DNA of 64,000 bases, taken from an uncultured Clostridia bacterium (GTDB taxonomy: Bacteria; Bacillota; Clostridia; UMGS1883). This document shows, one piece after another, positions 56,767-64,000 of this stretch; position 1 is the first letter of the stretch; each line of letters opens with the position of its first letter. The stretch spans positions 19,959-83,958 of the forward strand of contig CANPZO010000006.1 in NCBI GenBank assembly GCA_947589005.1, written 5' to 3'. The notes under the pieces are model-generated. The model was not told the origin of the DNA. It saw nothing but the letters and a program-made list of their open reading frames with translations, and made no database searches. The position numbers and the translations under genes were made by a program.

Positions 56767-57903
56767 TTACTCCTCGGGGAACAGGGCCGCCGCGAAATCG
56801 GCCGCGTCGAAGGGCTGCAAATCGTCGATGCCCTCGCCCACGCCCACGAATTTCACCGGCACGCCCAGCTTTTGGATTATCTGTATGACGATGCCGCCCT
56901 TGGCGGTGCCGTCCAGCTTGGTGAGCACTATGCCGGTGAGCTCGGCGGCCTTGTTAAATTCCTCGGCCTGATTTACGGCGTTCTGGCCGGTGGTGGCGTC
57001 AAGCACCAGCAATACTTCCTTCCTGGCGCCGGGCAGCTCCCGCTCGATGACGCGGTATATCTTTTTCAGCTCCTCCATAAGGTTCCTCTTGTTGTGGAGG
57101 CGGCCGGCGGTGTCGCAGATGAGCACGTCGGCCCCGCGCTTTTTCGCCGCGCCGCAGCCGTCGAAAATCACCGCCGCGGGGTCGGCCCCCTCGGTAAGGC
57201 GTATAAGCTGCACGCCGTTGCGCTCGGCCCATATCTCGAGCTGGTCCGCCGCCGCCGCGCGGAAGGTGTCCGCCGCGGCGAGGACGACCGTTTTGCCCTC
57301 GTTTTTCAGCCTGTTGGTAAGCTTGCCGATGGTGGTGGTCTTGCCCACGCCGTTTACGCCTATGACGAGGACAACCGTGGGCTTGGTGTCGAGCCGGAGC
57401 TCGCTGTCGCCGCCGGCGAGTATCTCGGTGATTATCGCCTTAAGCTCCTCCTTGGCGGCGGCCCCGTCCGTGATGCGCTTTTCCTTAACCCTCTCCCGCA
57501 GGGAGTCCACTATCTCCATGGAGGTCTGACCGCCGATATCGGCCAGTATCAGCGCCTCCTCAAGCTCGTCGTAAAGGTCGTCGTCAATTTTCGCGAAGGC
57601 CCTGAACACGCTGTCCACCTTGCCGGTGAAGGAGTCGCGGGTCTTGCTGAGGCCGTCCTTAAGGCGGCTGAAAAGTCCCTTTTTGGCGGGCTTTTCGACA
57701 TACTCGGGCTCCGGCGCGGGCTCATGCGGGACTTCGGCCCCCTCCGGAGGCAGCTCCTCCGGGGCCGGCACCGGCTCGGCCTGCCCGGGGGCGTCCTCGA
57801 GGGCCTCTCCCGCCTCCCCGATTATCCCGTCGGGCTGAGGCGCGAATTCCTCGGCGGGAACCGGCCCGTCCTTTTTCTTTTTCAAAAAGTCAAACAATGC
57901 CAT
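56767..57903 (-). CDS. ftsY: signal recognition particle receptor FtsY
   Basis: VIGVNGVGKTTTIGKL, DTAGRL and TKLDGTAKGG, with an acidic/Pro-rich N-terminus. Confidence 0.95.
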   Translation of the reverse strand: MALFDFLKKKKDGPVPAEEFAPQPDGIIGEAGEALEDAPGQAEPVPAPEELPPEGAEVPHEPAPEPEYVEKPAKKGLFSRLKDGLSKTRDSFTGKVDSVFRAFAKIDDDLYDELEEALILADIGGQTSMEIVDSLRERVKEKRITDGAAAKEELKAIITEILAGGDSELRLDTKPTVVLVIGVNGVGKTTTIGKLTNRLKNEGKTVVLAAADTFRAAAADQLEIWAERNGVQLIRLTEGADPAAVIFDGCGAAKKRGADVLICDTAGRLHNKRNLMEELKKIYRVIERELPGARKEVLLVLDATTGQNAVNQAEEFNKAAELTGIVLTKLDGTAKGGIVIQIIQKLGVPVKFVGVGEGIDDLQPFDAADFAAALFPEE

Positions 57904-57917
57904 ATCGTTTTCTCCCG

Positions 57918-60900
57918 TTATTCATAATCTTCCGACGCTATCTCGTCCAAATTCATCGCCAAAAGCCGGCTCACGCCCTTTTCCTGCATGGTGACGCCGT
58001 AGAGTATGTCGGCGGCCTCCATGGTGCCCCGGCGGTGAGTTATCAGCACGAACTGAGTGTTTTTGTCGTAATTTCGGATATAATCGGCGAAGCGGTACAC
58101 GTTCTCGTCGTCAAGGGCCGCCTCGATCTCGTCCAGGACTATAAAGGGCGAGGGCGTCGCCTTGAGCAGGGCGAACAGCAGGGCGATGGCCGTCATTGCG
58201 TGTTCGCCGCCGGAAAACAGCGAGATGCTTTGCAGCTTCTTGCCCGGCGGCTGTACCTCTATCTCGATGCCGCTCTCCAGCACGTCGTCGGGGTCCGCCA
58301 GGCGGACGCCCGCGTGGCCGCCGCCGAAAAGCTCGGCGAATATCTCTCCGAAGCTCTTGTTTATCATTTCAAATTTTTCCCTGAATTGGCTTCTCATAAC
58401 CGTCATCATTTCGGAAATGAGCTTTTCCAGATTTTTCTTGCCCTCCTCAAGGTCCGTCACCTGAGTGCTCATAAACTCGTAACGCTGCTTAACGTCCTTG
58501 TATTCCTCGATGGAATCCACGTTTATGTTGCCGAGGGCCTTTATTTTGCCCTTAAGCTCGCCGATGCGCTTGTTGGCGGCGGTTATCGAGCCTATGTCCT
58601 TTTTGTACGGCAGGGCGGTGTTGTAGGTGAGCTCGTAGTCGTCCCAAAGGCGGTTCGAGGCGTTTTCGTAGTCGCTCTCCAGGCGGGACTTTTTGGTTTC
58701 CAGACGGACGGTCTCCTCCTGAGCGGCGAACATACTGTCGCTCAGCTCCTTTATCTCGCCGCGTATCCCGTCCAGCTCCCGATTTGCGCCCGTCTTGTCC
58801 GCAAGGCCGCCGTTTATCCTGTCCTTAAGGCCGTTCACGGTCTCGGCCACGGTCTCGGCCACAAGGCGGTTGTTCTTAAGCTCGGTCTCAAGGTCGGCTA
58901 TCCTTTTTTCATACTCCGCGGCGGAGGCGGTCAGCGCCCGGTAGTCCGAGGCGGAGCTGTCAAGGCGGGTCCTCAGCTCGTCGAGACGGCTTTGGGAAAC
59001 CTCGATGTCCTTTTTCACGCCCACTATCTCAAGCCGCTTGTCGATAACGCTTTGGGAAGCCTTTTCCCGTTCGCTCACGGAAAGGTCCAGCGCCGCCTGA
59101 CGGGAGGCCACCAGCCTTTCGGCCTCCTCCTCCAAGCCGCCGGAGCCGTGGATAATACCGCTCAGCTCCTCCTTTTCTTTGTCGGCGTTAAGGCTGCGCA
59201 GGGCCATGCCCTCCTTTTCCTCCTCAAGCTTGAGCACCCGCTCCTCGGTGACCCTCAAAAGGCTGCGCTTCATTTCGGCGGCGGCCCCAAGCTCGGACAG
59301 CCTCCTGTCCGCTTCGGTAAGGTCCTCCCTCAGCCCGTCAAGCTCCGTCCGCAGGGCGGCCAGCTCTTCGGTGAGCTTTTCAATTTCGTCGTCCAAACGG
59401 TCGGCGGTTGAGGCCAGCCCGTTACATTCCTTTTCCAGAGACTCGATTTCCTCGCCCCTGCGGAGGAGGGCCTGGCTTTTGTTGATGCTGCCGCCGGTAA
59501 TGCTGCCGCCGGGCTGGAGCAGCTCGCCCTCCAAAGTGACTATCTTGAACCTATACTTGTTGTCCCTGGCGATTTTGGCGGCGTTGTCCATGTTGTCCGC
59601 CACCAGCGTCCGCCCCAGCAGGGACTCCACAACGCCCCTGAGCTCGGGGGCGCAGGAGACAAGGTCGGCGGCCACCGCCACCGCTCCCCTGGAGGAGAGT
59701 ACGCGGGCCTCGTCCTCAAGCCGCCGCCCCTGCTGAGTGGTGAGCGGCAGAAAGGTCACCCGACCCATGCGGTTCTTTTTAAGATATTCTATGGCCTCCT
59801 TGGCGTCGGCCTCGTTCTTTACTACTATATTCTGCATTGCGCCGCCCAGCGCCACCTCGACGGCGGTTATGTAATCCTTTTCCGTCTTTATGAGCTTGCT
59901 GAGGACGCCTATCATGGCGCCGCGGTACTTGCCGCCGGCGTGGTCGCTCACCAGCTCGCGGACGCTGCGGGCGTAGCCCTCGAGACTGCGCTCCATGTCC
60001 TTTAGCATATTAAGCCTGGCGCGCTTCTCCCCCAGGGCGGAAACGGCGCTGTTGTGGCGGTCCTTGCGGTCCTGTATCTCACCGGCCAGCCTCGCGGCCC
60101 CGGCCGTGCCCTCTTCCAGACGGGCGGCGAGGGTCTCCCTTTCTCCGGCGGCGGCCTCCCTCTCCTTTTCGAGCTTTTCCGAGTCGGCGGAGTACCCGGC
60201 GGCCTCGCCCTTGGCGGCGGCTATCTCGCCGTCTATGGCGCCCCTGCGCTCCTCGTAGGTCTGCTTAAGGGTCTCTATACCCTCCATTCTGGTCTTGGCC
60301 TCGGCCTTTTTGCGCTCCAGCTCCGCTGCCTCGCCGCGGGCCTGTTCGAGGGCGTTGTTCCGTACCGCCATTTCGCCGGAGGCTTCCCGAAGGCGGCCCT
60401 CCAGCTCGTCCAGCTCGGCCTCGCGACGGACGAGAAGGTCCTCAAGCCGCGTCTTTTCCAGATTTTCGGCCTCGAGACCGGCCTTTATCCCCTCGTCCCG
60501 CTTTGTCCAGTTTTCCAGCTCCAAACGGGCGCGTATGAGATTTTCTCTCGTGTTGCCGATATTATTTTCAATGACGGTCCTTTCGCCGTCAACCGCGGCG
60601 GCCTCGGCCTCGGCGCGGGAAAGCTCCTCCCTCACCCCGTCGATTTCCGAATCCTTAAGGCGGATGCTCTCGTAAAGGGCCTCGCTGCGGGCGTTAGCCT
60701 CGCCGTGGCGGGCCTTTATGTCCTCGAGCTGCTCCTCGGCCAGCTTGAACTTTTCCTCCGCCTCGGCGGCCTGCGCGCGCTTTGTGTCGATTATTTCCAG
60801 CAGGGCGCTGACCTCGATGCCCTTAAGCTCCTCCCGAAGGTTCAAAAACTGTATCGCCTTTTCGCTTTGACGGCGGAGAGGCTCGACCCGGGTTTCAAGC

Positions 60901-61490
60901 TCGGCCAGCACGTCCCGCACCCGCACAAGGTTGTCCTCGGTGTGGGCCAGCTTGCGCTCGGCCTCCTGCTTTCGGTAGCGGTACTTGCTGATGCCGGCGG
61001 CCTCCTCAAAAACGCCCCTGCGCTCCTCGCTTTTCTGGGAAACTATTTCGGCTATTTTGCCCTGTCCCACTATGGAATAGCCGTCCCTGCCCATACCGGT
61101 GTCCATGAACAGCTCATGAATATCCCGAAGGCGGCACGGCGAACGGTTTATCATGTATTCACTTTCGCCGCTGCGGAATATGCGGCGCGTTATCTCCACC
61201 TCGGCATACTCGCTGGGGAGAAAGCCGGTGCCGTTGTCAAAGACCATGGACACCTCGGCATAGCCGAGGGGACGGCGCTTTTGGGTGCCGTTAAATATAA
61301 CGTCCTCCATCTTTCCGCCGCGCAGGGTCTTGGCGCTCTGTTCGCCCAACACCCAGCGTATGGCGTCGGAGATATTGCTTTTGCCGCTGCCGTTAGGCCC
61401 CACGATGCCGGTTATGCCCTGGTGGACATCTATTACGGTTTTATCTGCAAAGGACTTAAAGCCCTGTAATTCTATCCGCTTAAGATACAA
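57918..61490 (-). CDS. smc: chromosome segregation protein SMC
   Basis: N-terminal GPNGSGKSN, long coiled coils, a hinge, and C-terminal LSGGE...LDEIEAALD. Confidence 0.95.
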   Translation of the reverse strand: MYLKRIELQGFKSFADKTVIDVHQGITGIVGPNGSGKSNISDAIRWVLGEQSAKTLRGGKMEDVIFNGTQKRRPLGYAEVSMVFDNGTGFLPSEYAEVEITRRIFRSGESEYMINRSPCRLRDIHELFMDTGMGRDGYSIVGQGKIAEIVSQKSEERRGVFEEAAGISKYRYRKQEAERKLAHTEDNLVRVRDVLAELETRVEPLRRQSEKAIQFLNLREELKGIEVSALLEIIDTKRAQAAEAEEKFKLAEEQLEDIKARHGEANARSEALYESIRLKDSEIDGVREELSRAEAEAAAVDGERTVIENNIGNTRENLIRARLELENWTKRDEGIKAGLEAENLEKTRLEDLLVRREAELDELEGRLREASGEMAVRNNALEQARGEAAELERKKAEAKTRMEGIETLKQTYEERRGAIDGEIAAAKGEAAGYSADSEKLEKEREAAAGERETLAARLEEGTAGAARLAGEIQDRKDRHNSAVSALGEKRARLNMLKDMERSLEGYARSVRELVSDHAGGKYRGAMIGVLSKLIKTEKDYITAVEVALGGAMQNIVVKNEADAKEAIEYLKKNRMGRVTFLPLTTQQGRRLEDEARVLSSRGAVAVAADLVSCAPELRGVVESLLGRTLVADNMDNAAKIARDNKYRFKIVTLEGELLQPGGSITGGSINKSQALLRRGEEIESLEKECNGLASTADRLDDEIEKLTEELAALRTELDGLREDLTEADRRLSELGAAAEMKRSLLRVTEERVLKLEEEKEGMALRSLNADKEKEELSGIIHGSGGLEEEAERLVASRQAALDLSVSEREKASQSVIDKRLEIVGVKKDIEVSQSRLDELRTRLDSSASDYRALTASAAEYEKRIADLETELKNNRLVAETVAETVNGLKDRINGGLADKTGANRELDGIRGEIKELSDSMFAAQEETVRLETKKSRLESDYENASNRLWDDYELTYNTALPYKKDIGSITAANKRIGELKGKIKALGNINVDSIEEYKDVKQRYEFMSTQVTDLEEGKKNLEKLISEMMTVMRSQFREKFEMINKSFGEIFAELFGGGHAGVRLADPDDVLESGIEIEVQPPGKKLQSISLFSGGEHAMTAIALLFALLKATPSPFIVLDEIEAALDDENVYRFADYIRNYDKNTQFVLITHRRGTMEAADILYGVTMQEKGVSRLLAMNLDEIASEDYE

Positions 61491-61566
61491 GCCGTATCAC
61501 CTCTCCTTGCACTTTTATCAGTATAACACAGTTTGCCGTAAATTGCAAGATATGTATAAAAAATTA

Positions 61567-61595
61567 TTGATTTTGACCGCAAAATGTGTTATAAT
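61567..61595 (+). promoter_or_regulatory. promoter TTGATT-17-TATAAT for ispE
   Basis: -35 at 61567-61572 and -10 at 61590-61595. Confidence 0.55.
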
Positions 61596-61600
61596 TCTTA

Positions 61601-61622
61601 TGATACTTTAATGATACTTTAA
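61601..61622 (+). repeat. tandem 11-mer TGATACTTTAA x2 in the ispE leader
   Basis: Read directly. Confidence 0.9.
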
Positions 61623-61634
61623 GGTTTTAAGGCG

Positions 61635-62495
61635 GTGAACGGCGTGAAGGCCACATACAAATCCTATGCCAAAATAAATCTTTCCCTTGACGTGCTGGGG
61701 CGGATGGAAAACGGTTATCATCAGGTAAAAATGGTGATGCAGACCGTTTCTCTTTACGATACGGTCACCGTGGAGGCCCTGCCGGACAAGGAAATAACCG
61801 TCGCGTCGAACCTGCCCTTTCTCCCAACGGGGCCGGAAAATCTGGCCTACAGAGCGGCGGAGCTGTTCTTCGCCGAAACGGGCGTGAGCGGCGGCGCGGC
61901 CATAAATCTTGAAAAGCACATTCCCGTGGGGGCGGGACTCGCCGGCGGCAGCGGCAACTGCGCCGTGGTGCTGCGGGCCCTGAACCGGCTTTACGGGGCC
62001 GGACTTTCCACCCGCAGGCTCTGTCTGATGGGCGAAAAGCTGGGGGCGGACGTGCCCTACTGCATCCTGGGCGGCACAAGGCTGGCCGAGGGCATAGGCG
62101 AACGGCTCTCCCCACTGCCGAGGCTGCCCTTCTGCCATATACTGCTGGTAAAGCCGGCCTTTTCCATCAGCACAAAAGCGGTATATGAAAAAATCGACAG
62201 CCGCACCGACTACCGCCGCCCCGATACCGAGCAGGTCATAAGGGGGCTGAAATGCCGCAGCATACCCGCCGTGGCCCAGGGCATGGGCAACGTGCTGGAG
62301 GAAGTGAGCCTCAGCGATTATCCCGTCCTTCGCGAGCTGAAGGACAAGCTGAGCGAATACGGCGCCGCCGCCGCCCAGATGAGCGGCAGCGGGCCCACCG
62401 TTTTCGGCATTTTTACGGACCGGCGCAAGGCCGAAAACGCCAAACGTCAGCTTTGGGGAAAATACAAAACGGTTTATCTTTGCAATCCGGTATAA
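61635..62495 (+). CDS. ispE: 4-diphosphocytidyl-2-C-methyl-D-erythritol kinase
   Basis: YAKINLSLDV...PVGAGLAGGSGN...SGSGPTVFG. GTG start. Confidence 0.9.
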   Translation: MNGVKATYKSYAKINLSLDVLGRMENGYHQVKMVMQTVSLYDTVTVEALPDKEITVASNLPFLPTGPENLAYRAAELFFAETGVSGGAAINLEKHIPVGAGLAGGSGNCAVVLRALNRLYGAGLSTRRLCLMGEKLGADVPYCILGGTRLAEGIGERLSPLPRLPFCHILLVKPAFSISTKAVYEKIDSRTDYRRPDTEQVIRGLKCRSIPAVAQGMGNVLEEVSLSDYPVLRELKDKLSEYGAAAAQMSGSGPTVFGIFTDRRKAENAKRQLWGKYKTVYLCNPV

Positions 62496-62538
62496 AAATT
62501 TCAGTATAAGTCAATACTTCTTTCAGAGGTGTTGATTT

Positions 62539-63135
62539 ATGAAAAAGGCTTTTACACTGATAGCGTCCGTCGTCTGCGCGGCAATGTGCGCGGTGACCTT
62601 CGCTTCCGAAACGAACGCCCGTCTCAGCCGCGACATCGTCCGGCTGCATATAATCGCCAACAGCGACAGCGAGGAGGACCAGGCCCTCAAGCTCAAGGTC
62701 AGGGACAGGCTGCTGTCCGCGGCGGCGGAGCTGGACTCGAAAAGCGACGTGGAGGCGATGCTTTCCGAATATGAGGCCATCGCCCGTGAGGAGATAGCCG
62801 CTCAGGGCCGCGATTACGACGTCAGGGCCGAGTACGGCAGGTTTTACTTCCCCACAAAGGACTACGGCGGCCTCACATATCCGGCTGGAGAATATGATGC
62901 CGTGCGCCTGGTCATCGGCGAGGGCAAGGGCCAAAACTGGTGGTGCGTGCTTTTCCCTCCCCTGTGCTATGTCAAGGGCAGCGTTGACAGCTCGGCGGCG
63001 AAGGAGGAGCTGAGGGCCAACCTGTCGCCGGAGGATTACGAGCTGATAAGCTCGGGCGGAAAAGGACGGACGCCGGTGAGGATAAAGTTCAAGCTGGTGG
63101 AATTTATCAACTCTTTAAAGGAGAAAATCAAATGA
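62539..63135 (+). CDS. spoIIR: stage II sporulation protein R
   Basis: RLHIIANSDSEEDQALKLKVRD...GQNWWCVLFPPLC. Confidence 0.9.
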   Translation: MKKAFTLIASVVCAAMCAVTFASETNARLSRDIVRLHIIANSDSEEDQALKLKVRDRLLSAAAELDSKSDVEAMLSEYEAIAREEIAAQGRDYDVRAEYGRFYFPTKDYGGLTYPAGEYDAVRLVIGEGKGQNWWCVLFPPLCYVKGSVDSSAAKEELRANLSPEDYELISSGGKGRTPVRIKFKLVEFINSLKEKIK

Positions 63136-63773
63136 GAATGAGGACCCGAGGGCACCTCGAGGAGCGCCTCGAGAGCTGTCTGGACATGACCGTTACCGGG
63201 GAGGGGCCGCTAACCCTTCCCCATCCGCTGCACGTCGAGATAGGCTGCGGCAAGGGGGATTTCATTACCGAAACCGCCCGACGGCATCCGGAGCTGAATT
63301 ACATAGCCGTCGAAAGAGTTTCCAACGTCATAGTGCTGGCAATGGAAAAGGCCAAGGCCGCGGAGCTGAAAAACCTGAGGTTCATAAGGGGCGACTTCGC
63401 GGCGGCGGCGGAACGCTTCCCCGACGGCAGCGTGGAGCGTATATACCTGAATTTCAGCGACCCCTGGCCCAAAAACGGCTACGCCAAGCGGCGGCTGACC
63501 CACGGCCGTTTTCTGGAGCTGTACAGGCGCATACTGAGCGACGGGGGCGAGATACATTTCAAGACCGACAACCGCGAGCTTTTCGAGTTTTCGCTGGCGA
63601 CCTTTCCGGAAAACGGCTTTTCCGTCGGCGAGGTGACCTTCGACCTTCACGGCAGCGGCTTCGAGGGCAACATAATGACGGAGTACGAGCGCCGTTTCAG
63701 CGCCATGGGCGTGCCGATCTGCCGCCTTGTGGCGAAAAAGGACGGAGGGGACAAATCGGCGCGGGCCCATTGA
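63132..63773 (+). CDS. trmB: tRNA (guanine-N7)-methyltransferase
   Basis: VEIGCGKGDF...NFSDPWPK...FKTDN. Confidence 0.9.
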   Translation: MRMRTRGHLEERLESCLDMTVTGEGPLTLPHPLHVEIGCGKGDFITETARRHPELNYIAVERVSNVIVLAMEKAKAAELKNLRFIRGDFAAAAERFPDGSVERIYLNFSDPWPKNGYAKRRLTHGRFLELYRRILSDGGEIHFKTDNRELFEFSLATFPENGFSVGEVTFDLHGSGFEGNIMTEYERRFSAMGVPICRLVAKKDGGDKSARAH

Positions 63774-63798
63774 CAAGTCCATTTTCGGGTGCTATAAT
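63770..63798 (+). promoter_or_regulatory. perfect consensus promoter TTGACA-17-TATAAT overlapping the trmB stop codon
   Basis: -35 at 63770-63775 and -10 at 63793-63798. Confidence 0.6.
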
Positions 63799-63804
63799 AC
63801 CCCC

Positions 63805-63881
63805 GTAAAAAGGACAATGGCATTAAGTTAAGCTAACGAAAGAAAGAGTCGAGCACAAAAGAAGTGCCCGGCTCTTTTTAT
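63805..63881 (+). ncRNA. candidate ~75-nt small RNA or leader (promoter to intrinsic terminator)
   Basis: Terminator stem 63845-63856 / 63864-63875 (11 of 12 pairs) followed by TTTTT. No credible ORF inside. Confidence 0.4.
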
Positions 63882-63936
63882 GTAAAAAAGTTAAAAAAAT
63901 TTCAAAAAAGTACTTGACAAATCGGAAAATTTGTGC

Positions 63937-63970
63937 GGTTCCATTCGCTAACCCGTTAGCGAATGGAACC
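63937..63970. repeat. perfect 16-bp inverted repeat with a 2-bp spacer
   Basis: GGTTCCATTCGCTAAC-CC-GTTAGCGAATGGAACC. Confidence 0.9.
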
Positions 63971-64000
63971 CTTGTAATTAGAGTCATCTCGACCAACTGA

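Overview
By eye this is a GC-rich chromosome from a spore-forming, gut-type Clostridia anaerobe. That guess rests on spoIVA, spoIIR, cwlD, an alpha/beta SASP, a bile-salt-hydrolase-like gene and large secreted glycosidases. Positions 1-9176 hold the lysogeny end of a prophage-like element sitting next to the 3' end of tRNA-Lys. It has a tyrosine integrase, four arm-type repeats, a CI/LexA-like repressor with divergent consensus promoters and operators, Cro-like HTH genes and a leftward early operon that runs off the window. Between repressor and integrase lies visibly AT-rich cargo: a three-gene membrane/cytosolic cluster, a NYN-domain RNase cassette with a structured leader bounded by perfect 30-bp direct repeats, a 69-nt repeat pair, and RelB/DinJ-YoeB. 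The rest is core genome. It includes a five-tRNA operon, a 1177-aa secreted LamG protein, proBA, tmcAL, pta-ackA, a 1430-aa GH2, rubrerythrin, yceD-rpmF, cwlD plus a deacetylase, serAC, greA, valS, HepT/MntA, a GH30-ricin-discoidin enzyme, an ABC exporter, fba, pgm, tyrA, spoIVA, UPF0182, ftsY, smc, ispE, spoIIR and trmB. The strongest non-genic signals are three. (1) A perfect 27-bp inverted repeat brackets 270 bp containing a consensus promoter and a terminator just upstream of the LamG gene, which looks like an invertible promoter switch currently in the OFF orientation. (2) A GTAG-plus-hairpin REP-like family has four near-identical 27-nt copies, one of them inside the prophage. (3) An ~890-bp noncoding island is bounded by two identical 35-nt terminator hairpins and filled with nested inverted repeats and iteron-like repeats. 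All product calls come from motifs read by eye; no database search was run.
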